Origin: a virus
Lineage: Duplodnaviria > Caudoviricetes
Virus record (IMG/VR): IMGVR_UViG_3300012920_000056
Location: 1 to 52,691 of that record
Length of the DNA: 52,691 nt
Reading direction: 5' to 3' (one strand)
Position 1 is the first letter of the stretch. Every line of letters begins with the position of its first letter. The position numbers and the translations under genes were made by a program. The notes beneath the pieces are model-generated. The model did no database searches. It was not told where the DNA came from and saw only the letters and a list, made by a program, of their open reading frames with translations. This document shows positions 15,176-25,551 of the stretch, one piece after another.

Positions 15176-17015
15176 AGACAAATATTCCTCTAATATCAAT
15201 GACTTAGTTCTTGATAAAAAAGGCTTTCTCGAAGAAAAAGAAGCGAAGCTCTTATTATATGAATTTATGCGAGGCAATGTTACTTTTACAGTTGACATGC
15301 TTAGTGGTATAAAATTATTTCCTTTTCAGCATATGGCTATTAAAGCTATGCTTGAATCTGATTATTTTATGGGCGTCTGGAGTCGAGGGATGTCAAAATC
15401 ATTTACTACTGGTATATTTGCTTTTTTAGATGCCATAATGAACCAAGGTGTTGAAATAGGCATTATATCAAAGTCTTTTCGCCAAGCGAAAATGATATTT
15501 AAAAAAATAGAAGATATATTAAATAAACCAGAAGCAGCAATGCTAGCGCAGTGCGTTACCCGAAAATCCAAGGCGAATGATCAGTGGACATTAGAGCTTG
15601 GAGCAAGCAAGATTCACGCATTACCGTTAGGTGATGGTGAAAAGCTTCGTGGTTTTAGATTTCATCGTATTATTATTGATGAGTTTCTTCTTATGCCAGA
15701 AAGGATTTATAACGAAGTTATAGTCCCTTTCCTTTCTGTTGTTGAGAATCCAACTGAAAGAGAAGAATTATATAATATGGAGACTCAAATGATCAAAGAC
15801 GGAAAAATGAAAGAGGAGGACAGACATGTCTGGCCGAACAATAAGTTAATTATGCTTTCTTCCGCTTCTTATAAATTTGAATATATGTATAAATTATATC
15901 AAAAATTTGAATCATTAATAAATGGAGAGATTGTTGAAGATGGCACTGCTCATCGCACAATTATGCATTTCAGTTATGATTGCGCTCCTAAACAATTATA
16001 TGATCAAAATCTCATTAATCAGGCTAAGGCTAGTATGAGTCAAAGTCAGTTTGATCGTGAGTTTGGTGCTATTTTTACAGATGATAGTTCTGGTTATTTT
16101 AAAATTTCAAAGATGGCAGCCTGCACTATCCCAGATGGACAAAGTCCATGCGTGGAAGTCGCTGGTGAACCTTCTGATAAATACCTTCTTTCTTTTGACC
16201 CCAGCTGGGCTGAGAGCGAGAGTTCTGACGACTTCGCGATCCAGGTATTTAAACTGAACGATGAAGGCCGTACAGGCACACTCGTTCACAATTACGCCAT
16301 GTCAGGCTCTCGCCTGAAAGATCATATATTTTATTTTCATTATTTATTAAATAATTTTAATATTGTTGCTATTGTTGGTGACTATAACGGTGGAGTCCAA
16401 TTTTTAAACGCCTGCAACGAGAGTAGTCTCTTTAAACAAAATAATCTAAAAATTGACACTATTGGTTCAGATCTTGATAATTTAGAAAATTATCAACAAG
16501 GTTTGCGAGATGCTAAGTTAGAATATAATTTAGAAAAGAAAAAAATATGTATACTGCGCAAGCCCACTTCCCAATGGATTAGAATTGCCAATGAATTACT
16601 TCAATCAAATTTTGATCATAAAAGAGTATTCTTCGGGTCTCGTGCGGTAAACGATGATTATCAAAAGCAGCGTAACAAGCGTATACCTATTGATAAACTA
16701 AAGTTTCTAAAAAATGCTGAAGATGACAAGCAAAGTTCCGCAGCTCGCATGATTGATCTTGTTGAGCATCAGGTTGACCTTATGTCAATGACAAAAGCGG
16801 AATGCGCATTAATACAAATTAAAACTACACCCCAAGGTACTCAGACATTTGATCTTCCAGATAATCTTAAAAGACAGACTGGGCCAGACAAAGCGAGAAA
16901 GGACTCGTACTCTGCTTTAGTGCTAGGGAATTGGATGATAAAAGTTTATTACGATATGATGAACGTAGAGGCTGAGAATGTCCAGGCGACTTTTACACCT
17001 ATGTTTGTAGCGTAA
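15144..17015 (+). CDS. terL: terminase large subunit
   Basis: LFPFQ, SRGMSKS Walker A, LRGFRF..IIIDE Walker B, LSSA motif III, SFDPS RNase H-like start, KDSYSA. Confidence 0.92.
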   Translation: MTWTPGKQKARDKYSSNINDLVLDKKGFLEEKEAKLLLYEFMRGNVTFTVDMLSGIKLFPFQHMAIKAMLESDYFMGVWSRGMSKSFTTGIFAFLDAIMNQGVEIGIISKSFRQAKMIFKKIEDILNKPEAAMLAQCVTRKSKANDQWTLELGASKIHALPLGDGEKLRGFRFHRIIIDEFLLMPERIYNEVIVPFLSVVENPTEREELYNMETQMIKDGKMKEEDRHVWPNNKLIMLSSASYKFEYMYKLYQKFESLINGEIVEDGTAHRTIMHFSYDCAPKQLYDQNLINQAKASMSQSQFDREFGAIFTDDSSGYFKISKMAACTIPDGQSPCVEVAGEPSDKYLLSFDPSWAESESSDDFAIQVFKLNDEGRTGTLVHNYAMSGSRLKDHIFYFHYLLNNFNIVAIVGDYNGGVQFLNACNESSLFKQNNLKIDTIGSDLDNLENYQQGLRDAKLEYNLEKKKICILRKPTSQWIRIANELLQSNFDHKRVFFGSRAVNDDYQKQRNKRIPIDKLKFLKNAEDDKQSSAARMIDLVEHQVDLMSMTKAECALIQIKTTPQGTQTFDLPDNLKRQTGPDKARKDSYSALVLGNWMIKVYYDMMNVEAENVQATFTPMFVA

Positions 17016-17076
17016 AGTTAAAAGTTAACTTTGGACTTTAAATGGACTTTTATTAGACTTTTGTGTATTATAATTT

Positions 17077-19101
17077 ATGTCCAAGCGCAAATATACAAAA
17101 AAATCAGAATACTGGGATCAATTTAAGAATAAAGACGTTAACGAATTAATCCAACAAACTAATAACATCGACTCTCCATGGGAGCCTATTCTCGCAGGGG
17201 ATGCCTACTACGCTCAAAGCGCTAAAGCTAGCTATGAAAGAACAGGACAATCAAATAGTGAAGGCTCAAGTCGAACTGGTAGTAGGCGCAATGCTTCATT
17301 TAACACTAGAAAACTTTGGAAGTACGCTAATATTCGAGAAGGTCAATTACCTTATTTTTACGGTAAAGCGGGTTGCGATATTAAAGATGCAATTATGTTA
17401 TGCCAAAAAGCATATGCTAACATTCCAATCTTTAGAAATGTTATTGATATAATGTCTGAGTTTGCTAATACTGAATTGGTATTAGAGGGGGGGACGGAAA
17501 AATCTAAAAACTTTATTGATAAATGGATGCGGAGAGTAAACCTGTGGGGTGTTAAAGATCAATACTTCAGAGAGTACTATCGTAGTGGTAATGTTTTTAT
17601 GTATCGTTTGGATACTAAATTTACCGTAGATGATTTTAATAGAATGTCTACAATTTATGGATCAGATGATTTAATTAAAAAAGGAGATATACCTATTAAA
17701 TACATTCTTTTAAATCCTTATGATATTACTACTTTAAAATCTTCAAACTTTGATGGTAATGTATACAGAAAAATATTATCAGAATATGAGCTAGAAAGAC
17801 TAAAAGATCCTAAGACTGATTATGATAAAGAAGTATTAAAGAGTTTAGATCCAAAAAGTCAAAAAGCAATTAAAGAAGGTAGATATGGTGCAGATGGTAT
17901 TTATGCAGCACTCGATCCAAATAAATTAATTTATTCTTTTTATAAAAAACAAGATTATGAACCTTTTGCTATTCCTTTTGGTTATCCTGTATTAGATGAT
18001 TTAAATTGGAAACTTGAACTTAAAAAGATCGATCAGGCTGTTACTCGTACTATTGAGAATGTTATTTTGTTAATTACTATGGGTAATACTCCTGATAAAG
18101 GAGGTATTAATCCTCATAATTTGCAGGCTATGCAATCTTTGTTTAAAAATGAAAGTATTGGCAGGGTATTGGTTAGTGATTATACAACAAAAGCAGAATT
18201 TATAATTCCTGATTTGAATAGAGTACTAGGCCCCGCAAAATATGAAATCGTAGATCAAGATATCAAAGAAGCTCTGCAAAATGTTGTAGTGGGAAGTGAA
18301 AGATATAGTAATACTCAAGTCAAGGCTCAAATATTTCTTGAAAGATTAAAAGAGGCTCGTAATGCTTTTATTAATGATTTTCTTCAGCCACAAATAAAAT
18401 TAGTTTGCAAAAATCTTGGATTCAGAAAGTATCCTATTGTTAAATTCCAAGAGGTCGATCTTAAAGATGAAGTACAACTGCAGAGAGTTACTACTCGCCT
18501 CATGGAGCTTGGTATTCTTACTCCAGAACAAGGCATAGAAACAATCAAAACTGGACTATATCCAGAAAACAGCAGAATTGGAGAAGGTCAGGAGCAATAT
18601 GTTGAGGATCGTCAAAAAGGACATTATACTCCTTTAGTCGGTGGTCAACCGCTGCCCATGGAAGAGGACGAAAATGGCCAACCCATACAAACACAAGTCC
18701 CAAATCAAAGGCAACAAGTTAGTACGCCACAACAACCAGGGCGACCATCAGGTACAAATAAAGAAGGTAGACCTGCTTTGGCAGATAGAAAAAGTATACA
18801 AAATACAATTTATGCTACTGAAGGATTGTTTAAATTTGCTCAAGTCGAAATGAAAAAAGCAAATAATATTAAAAGACTTTCAAAAGATAAAAAATCGCTG
18901 TTAGAAGAATTATGTAAAACTGTAGTGATTTCCTGTGAAAAGTCTGACTGGGAGAAGCAAGTTAAATCATGCGTCGCTGATTTTAATCATATAGAAAATC
19001 TGTCTCCTTTGCCAGAAATCCTGAATATATCTAGTGATTATGAGATTGAGCTTTATCCATCTGCTCTTTATTACCACAGTAATGATACTTCTCAAAAATA
19101 A
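17077..19101 (+). CDS. portal protein
   Basis: Position after terL, size 674 aa, FRNVIDIMSEF and YYRSGNVF segments. Confidence 0.75.
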   Translation: MSKRKYTKKSEYWDQFKNKDVNELIQQTNNIDSPWEPILAGDAYYAQSAKASYERTGQSNSEGSSRTGSRRNASFNTRKLWKYANIREGQLPYFYGKAGCDIKDAIMLCQKAYANIPIFRNVIDIMSEFANTELVLEGGTEKSKNFIDKWMRRVNLWGVKDQYFREYYRSGNVFMYRLDTKFTVDDFNRMSTIYGSDDLIKKGDIPIKYILLNPYDITTLKSSNFDGNVYRKILSEYELERLKDPKTDYDKEVLKSLDPKSQKAIKEGRYGADGIYAALDPNKLIYSFYKKQDYEPFAIPFGYPVLDDLNWKLELKKIDQAVTRTIENVILLITMGNTPDKGGINPHNLQAMQSLFKNESIGRVLVSDYTTKAEFIIPDLNRVLGPAKYEIVDQDIKEALQNVVVGSERYSNTQVKAQIFLERLKEARNAFINDFLQPQIKLVCKNLGFRKYPIVKFQEVDLKDEVQLQRVTTRLMELGILTPEQGIETIKTGLYPENSRIGEGQEQYVEDRQKGHYTPLVGGQPLPMEEDENGQPIQTQVPNQRQQVSTPQQPGRPSGTNKEGRPALADRKSIQNTIYATEGLFKFAQVEMKKANNIKRLSKDKKSLLEELCKTVVISCEKSDWEKQVKSCVADFNHIENLSPLPEILNISSDYEIELYPSALYYHSNDTSQK

Positions 19102-19130
19102 GTTTACTGTGTAGATTACTTGTAAATATC

Positions 19131-20735
19131 ATGAAAAATAAAGCATTTCAATACACTAGTAATTTCTTGAGTGACATACAGGCGTCTTGCGTTGACGGTA
19201 CATGTAAAATGTTCAACTTAAGTGAAGCTTCTCTTGACAGTTTAAAAACATTAATTCCTGAAGAAGTTGATTTAACAAAAAATATTGATTTATTGGGAGT
19301 AGCTTTTAATGCTGCAGTTGTCAATAAATTTAATAAAAATGGTGATGGTATCGATACAAATACTGCTTTCGCTATAAAAGATTACTTTATTAATAAACCT
19401 ACTAATATTGAACATGAGAAACAAAAAATTGTAGGACATATTATATCTTCTTCATTTAGTAAATATGGTACTAATGAATTAATGGAAGCTAGTGAATTAA
19501 AAGATGAGACTGGACCATTCAATATAGCATTAGGAGCATTGGTTTATAAAATTGTAAATCCTGCATTTGCAAACATGATTGAACAAAGCCAAGAAGATGG
19601 TGAATATAAAAATATTATTTCAGCAAGCTGGGAAATTGGATTCAATGATTATGTTATTGCAGTAGGTAGCGAAGACTTAAGCGAAGCTGAGATTGTTTCT
19701 GATAAAAAACAAATTGCTGAATTTAATCAATATTTAAAAGCTTATGATGGTGAGGGCAAAATGGATGATGGTACTCCAATTTATCGATTGGTGGTTGGAG
19801 ACATTTATCCTCTTGGTATTGGCTTTACTACTAATCCAGCGGCAGATGTTAAGGGAGTGATTATGCATCAAAAAGATGATGACGAAAACTCCGAAAATAC
19901 ACAGGCTTCCGAGCGAATAGAAATCAATAACACAGATTTTTACAAAAAAAATCAAAAAAATAGTTCCCTTTCCGAAGAAATTTCTGTAAACACAAAAAAC
20001 ACATTAAATATGGATAATCAAGATCTACTTAAACAAATCGAAGGCATGCTTTCAGAAAAAATTGGCGATAGCCAACAATTCGAAGAAGCTGTCGCTAGCG
20101 TTTCTAAGGTAATGATGGAAGCTATCCGAGAAAAAGATTCTCAGTGGCAAGAAGAAAAAGAGCAAAAGGAAAAAGCTCTTGCTGAAGCTACTGAGCGTCA
20201 AGACGCTCTCTCCAAAGAAATGGACGAGCTGAAAGAAAAACTCGAAGCTTCTGAAGAACAATGGAAACAGCTGGCAGAAGAAAAAAGTCTTCGCGAGGCA
20301 AAGGATCTTTTCAATTCAAGAATGGCTTCTGTTACTGAAGCTTTCGATTTGAATGAAGATGATCTTAAGATTGTTGCTTCCGAAGTTTCCGAATTAGAAG
20401 CTACTGAAGAAGCTTTCGCGTCTTACGAAGAAAAACTTAAAGTTATGTGGCAACACAAGACTAAAGAATACATCGAAGCTCAAGAAAAAGCTTTTCAGGA
20501 AAAATTAGAAGCTGAACTTCAAAAACGTATTGAAGGAATATCTGAAACTGAAGCTTCCGAAGAATCCTCAGAAGAGGTTTCCGAAGAAACTACAGAAGAA
20601 GTCCTTGAAGAAGTTGAAGAAGAATCTGCTGCAAGTATTTCAAACAATAATGAAGCCGCTTCCAGCGAAGAGCAATCTCTTCGTGAAAAGTTCCAGGCTG
20701 CATTTTCACAAGAAAACATTCAAATTAAATATTAA
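19131..20735 (+). CDS. prohead protease fused to scaffolding domain
   Basis: NKNGD, KPTNIEH...VGHI, SASWE N-terminal motifs; long acidic coiled-coil C-terminus; position between portal and capsid genes. Confidence 0.7.
   Translation: MKNKAFQYTSNFLSDIQASCVDGTCKMFNLSEASLDSLKTLIPEEVDLTKNIDLLGVAFNAAVVNKFNKNGDGIDTNTAFAIKDYFINKPTNIEHEKQKIVGHIISSSFSKYGTNELMEASELKDETGPFNIALGALVYKIVNPAFANMIEQSQEDGEYKNIISASWEIGFNDYVIAVGSEDLSEAEIVSDKKQIAEFNQYLKAYDGEGKMDDGTPIYRLVVGDIYPLGIGFTTNPAADVKGVIMHQKDDDENSENTQASERIEINNTDFYKKNQKNSSLSEEISVNTKNTLNMDNQDLLKQIEGMLSEKIGDSQQFEEAVASVSKVMMEAIREKDSQWQEEKEQKEKALAEATERQDALSKEMDELKEKLEASEEQWKQLAEEKSLREAKDLFNSRMASVTEAFDLNEDDLKIVASEVSELEATEEAFASYEEKLKVMWQHKTKEYIEAQEKAFQEKLEAELQKRIEGISETEASEESSEEVSEETTEEVLEEVEEESAASISNNNEAASSEEQSLREKFQAAFSQENIQIKY
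20010..20735 (+). CDS. putative nested scaffolding protein (internal in-frame start MDNQDLL)
   Basis: In-frame ATG after an AT-rich linker carrying the same bipartite motif as the tail tube promoter. Confidence 0.5.
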   Translation: MDNQDLLKQIEGMLSEKIGDSQQFEEAVASVSKVMMEAIREKDSQWQEEKEQKEKALAEATERQDALSKEMDELKEKLEASEEQWKQLAEEKSLREAKDLFNSRMASVTEAFDLNEDDLKIVASEVSELEATEEAFASYEEKLKVMWQHKTKEYIEAQEKAFQEKLEAELQKRIEGISETEASEESSEEVSEETTEEVLEEVEEESAASISNNNEAASSEEQSLREKFQAAFSQENIQIKY

Positions 20736-20737
20736 TC

Positions 20738-21397
20738 ATGGCTATTAGATTATTACCATTCCGTCAGTACGCTGAAGAAGACGTTGTAAATCTCTTTGCA
20801 AACGATACGGTTAACGATAAAGTTACCGATTCGAGCAATGGAGATGCAGGCGTTTTTGTTAAAGTAAGTGCTGGGGACTTTAGTGCTGATCCCGTAGGAT
20901 ACGAAAATAACTCTTACCTCGGTGAGACTAACTATCCTTTCATCGGACGCAATCAGTATCCAACCGTCCCATTAAAAGTTACAGCTGCAACTGCTGGGGA
21001 TTCCTGTGTTGGAGTTACCTTGTTGCAGACTGCATTGAAGGATGAAAACGAAGAAAAACTTCTTTATTATCCTCAAAAGAAGCTTGAAACTCAGTCTGTA
21101 TTGACTGGAGAAGCCGTACCTGTTCTTGGAAAAGGTATCGTTACTCTTGACAACAGCGCTTATGATGGAGCCCCTGACGTAGGCGAGTGGTTAGCATTGT
21201 CTTCAAACGCTGGTAAAGTTACTGGACATGCAGCTTATAATGGTCCAGGCGCTGGCACCCAAGTTATCGGACAAGTTCTTGCAACTGGCGCTCGCGTAAA
21301 TCGTGGTGTTTCTAAGGACCAATTTGCTGACGCTAGCGTTGGCACAGGTGCAGCTAACACAAATGGTGCATACATTGTAGCTCGTATTAATTGTTAA
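20738..21397 (+). CDS. head decoration / capsid cement protein
   Basis: Position before MCP; Gly/Ala-rich beta-type sequence. Confidence 0.6.
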   Translation: MAIRLLPFRQYAEEDVVNLFANDTVNDKVTDSSNGDAGVFVKVSAGDFSADPVGYENNSYLGETNYPFIGRNQYPTVPLKVTAATAGDSCVGVTLLQTALKDENEEKLLYYPQKKLETQSVLTGEAVPVLGKGIVTLDNSAYDGAPDVGEWLALSSNAGKVTGHAAYNGPGAGTQVIGQVLATGARVNRGVSKDQFADASVGTGAANTNGAYIVARINC

Positions 21398-21415
21398 TAG
21401 AAAGATTTAAGAAAA

Positions 21416-22522
21416 ATGAATATCACTCTTAAACGTACCGACGAACAAATCGAGCTTGTTAAAGCTATGGCATCACGCAATCGTGATGTAGCCTATGAAG
21501 CCCAAGCTGCCTTGGCTGAATTTATAGGTCCTGTCCTCGCTGAAGTTATTAATCAAGCTCCGACTTTGAGTAATATGTTCAGTGCTTTTTCCTTTAATGC
21601 TGACAGCAACCCAAGTCTTCCGCTTGATCTCTATTATGACATCAATGCTGATGATTATATCAAGGTTTACAGCACAACGGTTCCTGGTGGTCTTCCTACC
21701 AACCAAGTGCTTCCTACTGCCAGTGAAATGAAGTTCACTACTTATCGCCTTGATAGTGCGATTAGTTTTGATCGTCGTTACGCTGCTCAGTCACGTCTTG
21801 ATGTTGTTGGCAAATCCTTCACCAGAATTGCACAAGAAGTTCTTCTTAAGCAAGAAGCTACTTCCGCTAACTTGATTCTTGGTTCCTTGGCTGAAGCCCA
21901 AACCAATGATAAGGATCATGTTAAAGCTCAAGCCAGCTCTGGTCTTGGTTTTACTTTGGCTGATTTCAATGAGTTAATCACTCTTGCAAAACGCATCAAC
22001 ACCGCTTGGACAGGTGGAACTCCAGAAGGCGCAGTAAAAGGAATTACTGACCTTATCGTTTCTCCTGAAGTCATGCAAGATCTTCGCGCAATGGCTTACA
22101 ATCCAGTAAACACAAAGAGCAACAATGCTTCTGCTAACAATGACATTGCTGCTCCTGAAGCTTATCGTTCTAGCGTATTCACCAATGGTGGAGTACCTGA
22201 ACTTTACGGCATCGGACTCATGGAAATGAATGAACTCGGACCAAACCGTAAGTTCACTCGTATCTTCAAAGAGTTCAGTGCTGGAGGTACTACTACTTCC
22301 CAAAGCTTCGTAGACGGTAACGACCTTGTTATCGGTCTTGATCGCACACGTGAATCTTTGATTCGTGCGGTTGCTACTGATGCAGAAAGCGGTTCTGAGT
22401 TTACTCTTAGCGCAGATGACCAATACAGCGTACGTCAACAAAAGATCGGATACTACGGATCTCTTGAAGAAGGACGCATGGTTATCGATAATCGTGTTTT
22501 GACTGGTATTATCATCGGATAA
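21416..22522 (+). CDS. major capsid protein
   Basis: 368 aa, position, high-expression codon bias, strong terminator; ITDLIVSPE and IGYYGSLEEG segments consistent with HK97 fold. Confidence 0.85.
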   Translation: MNITLKRTDEQIELVKAMASRNRDVAYEAQAALAEFIGPVLAEVINQAPTLSNMFSAFSFNADSNPSLPLDLYYDINADDYIKVYSTTVPGGLPTNQVLPTASEMKFTTYRLDSAISFDRRYAAQSRLDVVGKSFTRIAQEVLLKQEATSANLILGSLAEAQTNDKDHVKAQASSGLGFTLADFNELITLAKRINTAWTGGTPEGAVKGITDLIVSPEVMQDLRAMAYNPVNTKSNNASANNDIAAPEAYRSSVFTNGGVPELYGIGLMEMNELGPNRKFTRIFKEFSAGGTTTSQSFVDGNDLVIGLDRTRESLIRAVATDAESGSEFTLSADDQYSVRQQKIGYYGSLEEGRMVIDNRVLTGIIIG

Positions 22523-22549
22523 GACCAAAGGTCAAAAAATCTTATAAAG

Positions 22550-22574
22550 AACCCGCCCTCGTGGCGGGTTTTTT
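22550..22574 (+). terminator. Rho-independent terminator
   Basis: AACCCGCC-ctcgt-GGCGGGTT followed by T run. Confidence 0.9.
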
Positions 22575-22641
22575 ATTTCTATAAGGATTGATTTTTGTGT
22601 ATAACAAAAGTATAATAGATATACTAAACATTTAAAAAATT

Positions 22642-23070
22642 ATGCCTAGACAAAAGAAAAATACTACCGCAAAAGCTACAACCAAAAAATCTGCACCTAA
22701 GAAAAAATCAACAGCAAAAAAGCAAGTTGAAGACTTAAAAGTAGCAGATGGTAAAAGCGATAAAGAAAAAATCAAAAATCTGGAAGAAATACTTGGCGTT
22801 AAGAATGCTAATCCATTTGGCACACATGACTTAGAGGAATTAAAATCAAAAATTGACGGTATGACCATCACTGACCTGCAAACTTTCGGTATTCAGGTTG
22901 GCATTCTTCCTAGCGGAAATAAAATGATTTTAAAAAACAAAATACTAAAAGCTTTTAAAACTCATGAAGGAGCAGGCATGGGATATCATATTGGATATAA
23001 TCGGCCCATGGTAGACCCTCAAAGTGAAGCTGCTAAAAATATATTAAAACTGTCACAGGAAGGATTTTAA
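22642..23070 (+). CDS. hypothetical protein, Lys-rich N-terminus (142 aa)
   Basis: ORF track. Confidence 0.75.
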   Translation: MPRQKKNTTAKATTKKSAPKKKSTAKKQVEDLKVADGKSDKEKIKNLEEILGVKNANPFGTHDLEELKSKIDGMTITDLQTFGIQVGILPSGNKMILKNKILKAFKTHEGAGMGYHIGYNRPMVDPQSEAAKNILKLSQEGF

Positions 23071-23071
23071 A

Positions 23072-23539
23072 ATGTCAAATATCGGCGAAATCGCAACAAG
23101 AATTTACGAGAATGAATTTGCTGATGCGCCAACTGAGCTGGAGAGAGAATTTAGAATAGAGTACATTTCAGGCTGGCTGGAAGCAAACATCGGGCAATTA
23201 AATAATTTAACCTACCAAAGTTTTGGCACGGGCACGACCTTCTTACAAGAAGAAGAAAATATTTTCACTCAGTTATACCTGAAGGACTACTATACTCGAC
23301 AAGCTCGCTCGGTTTTGATGGGGTCAACAACAGGAGGTCTTGACTGGACAAGGTTAACCGAAGGAGATACGACTATTGTAAAGAATAATAACATTGATTT
23401 TGCAAGAGAGTACAAACAATTAGCAAAACTAGCTGCAGAAGAAATTAAAGATTTAGTTTACTCTTATAATTCTTATCAGGCGATGCCAAAACAAATTGCA
23501 GGAATTGATGGCGGTATAATTACTGGAGACGCAACTTAA
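23072..23539 (+). CDS. putative head-tail adaptor
   Basis: Synteny after MCP; size. Confidence 0.5.
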   Translation: MSNIGEIATRIYENEFADAPTELEREFRIEYISGWLEANIGQLNNLTYQSFGTGTTFLQEEENIFTQLYLKDYYTRQARSVLMGSTTGGLDWTRLTEGDTTIVKNNNIDFAREYKQLAKLAAEEIKDLVYSYNSYQAMPKQIAGIDGGIITGDAT

Positions 23540-23985
23540 TGACTTCTTTTCTTTCAGATTCTGAAAAAAATGAACTAGGAAATGTATTTGATGATATACA
23601 TGATACATTTGCGCGTGATATTTCAGTATTCCAAAGAGATAACGAAATTTTTGTTGCAACAAATGGGACGTATAATGCATTATACGCAAGAATACAAAAC
23701 GCCCCTACTACTCGAGCAAAAGTAACAAAAACTACCGTAAAAGCTAGGATACTTTACGCCCAGCAACAATCTGAAATGGATTTGCCTGGATCAAGGGCTC
23801 AAGTAAATGTGCAAATGAGTGAGGGTTCAGTTCGCGTAAAAATTGACGAAGCAGGATACAAATTATTTACTCAAGCTTCAAAAATAGAAATAGACGGCGA
23901 AGTATTTCGTATCGTTAGTGATCCTGCGAAAGCTGGAATGTTTACTGTAAAATTTTACATACTATATTTAAAAAGGTCGGACTGA
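23539..23985 (+). CDS. putative head-closure/stopper protein
   Basis: Synteny; KIEIDGEVFRIVS beta-rich motif. Confidence 0.5.
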   Translation: MTSFLSDSEKNELGNVFDDIHDTFARDISVFQRDNEIFVATNGTYNALYARIQNAPTTRAKVTKTTVKARILYAQQQSEMDLPGSRAQVNVQMSEGSVRVKIDEAGYKLFTQASKIEIDGEVFRIVSDPAKAGMFTVKFYILYLKRSD

Positions 23986-24596
23986 TGGCTAGAATCAATA
24001 TGAGAGGATTAAAGGCCGAAATTGCCGCAAAAGGGTACAAGATAGTTAAGCCTGCCGTTGAAGCTCGCGCAAAGCTAGAGCTAGAAAGAGCAAAAAAAGA
24101 ATTATTAAATGACTTTAACGATCACGAAGTAACAAAAGAAATAGAAGGAGGAGCAGGAGCTAAAAATAGCTCTAACACACTTGGAGGCTATGGTAATCTA
24201 TTTACATTTATAGGTTTTAGTAGTAGTGCAGATCCAATTTCACCAATCAGGAGCTTGCTGGCCCGATCAATAGAGATTAAGAGCCTGCGAAAAAAACCGA
24301 ATCAATTGTCTTTTATATTAAAATTTTCTGTACCTACTAAAGAAGAGATCGCTGCAGTCACCCCAAGTCCATGGTCTACAGAAAGCTGGGTTAATGCAGT
24401 AGAAAGAGGAATGAGTGGATTAGGTAAATATTTATATTCAAATGATCCAAATCGTTTTATCACAAGTAGATCGCGCGGAGGTATTCAAGCGGAATTCGAT
24501 ATTAGGTCAGCACAAAGCTCGAGGCCAGCAGATTATATGACAGGTATATTAAAAAGGATGCTTAAAAATATAGAAAGTAATCTTAAAAGAATATGA
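23985..24596 (+). CDS. putative neck / tail-completion protein
   Basis: Synteny; basic 203-aa protein. Confidence 0.45.
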   Translation: MARINMRGLKAEIAAKGYKIVKPAVEARAKLELERAKKELLNDFNDHEVTKEIEGGAGAKNSSNTLGGYGNLFTFIGFSSSADPISPIRSLLARSIEIKSLRKKPNQLSFILKFSVPTKEEIAAVTPSPWSTESWVNAVERGMSGLGKYLYSNDPNRFITSRSRGGIQAEFDIRSAQSSRPADYMTGILKRMLKNIESNLKRI

Positions 24597-25495
24597 AGCC
24601 ACAGTTTGATCATAAAGTATTAAGTAGTTTTTATCTATGGTTTGATGATAGAATAACTAGATTTGCTGAAGCCAAAGAAACAAATATTAGTCAACAATTT
24701 TATTATTCTAGTGACTCAGTAGATGTTCCTTCTAATCAAGTTGCGTATTATAGTCCTGATCGTCAGTTTGTATCAAATGGGCTTGATGTATCCGATGGAG
24801 TATATATAAAAGGAGGTAATTTTGGAACTAGCTATACTTATATACAGCAGCAGCCAAATACAGCTACTGGGTTAATGATTGATCATGATCAGGGTCGCGT
24901 TATATTAAATGCAGAAGTTGGGACCGATCTAGAAATAAGTGGAAATTTTGATCGAAAGACTTTAAATACATATATAACTAACGAAAGCGAAGAAGAACTG
25001 CTATTAAACACCGATTTTTTATTGGCTGATCAAGATGACGCTACATTTTTGCAATCTATTAACGGATTAGGTTCTTTAAATTATACATTACCCGCAGCTT
25101 TTTTGAGTTATAACTCTAGCTTTAATAAGCCTTTTGCAATGGGTGGTATGCAGGATACTCGCAGCAATGTTCGGGCAGTGGTTGTTGGAAATGATAATTT
25201 TACGCTAGATGCTACATTATCATTATTTAGAGATTCTACTGAAACATGCGTTCCAATTTTTGAATTTGATGAGTTTCCATTTGGGGAATATTTTCACATC
25301 AAAAATCCGCCTTATGATTATAAAACGCTTTATGATTCAAAAATAGGGAATGGAGATTATATGTTTTTAGAAAAAGTAAATTGCAGCAAGCTTTTAGATA
25401 CCGCCAGCTCCGCAACCAATATCCCGAAAAATATGAGAATTGGATTTATTGACTTTGAATTAAGCACTCCAAGATTGCCAAAGTCAGACATATAA
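24593..25495 (+). CDS. putative tail terminator protein
   Basis: Immediately before tail tube gene. Confidence 0.45.
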   Translation: MKPQFDHKVLSSFYLWFDDRITRFAEAKETNISQQFYYSSDSVDVPSNQVAYYSPDRQFVSNGLDVSDGVYIKGGNFGTSYTYIQQQPNTATGLMIDHDQGRVILNAEVGTDLEISGNFDRKTLNTYITNESEEELLLNTDFLLADQDDATFLQSINGLGSLNYTLPAAFLSYNSSFNKPFAMGGMQDTRSNVRAVVVGNDNFTLDATLSLFRDSTETCVPIFEFDEFPFGEYFHIKNPPYDYKTLYDSKIGNGDYMFLEKVNCSKLLDTASSATNIPKNMRIGFIDFELSTPRLPKSDI

Positions 25496-25500
25496 AAAAA

Positions 25501-25527
25501 AGTTCTCTTTTAGTTGTTTTTGCTGTA
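25501..25527 (+). promoter_or_regulatory. bipartite late-promoter-like motif AGTTCYCTTT-N12-CTGTA
   Basis: Same motif with identical spacing at 19962-19988. Confidence 0.5.
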
Positions 25528-25551
25528 TATAGTTAAAAACATTTATTTATT

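Noticed and set aside
15144-17015. Intein or intron in terminase
   Set aside because: Length 623 aa with contiguous motifs and no splice-junction signatures.
21974-22528. Long antisense ORF over the capsid gene (and similar antisense or alternate-frame ORFs in the track)
   Set aside because: Shadow ORFs caused by codon bias of the real genes; no start signals or recognisable motifs.
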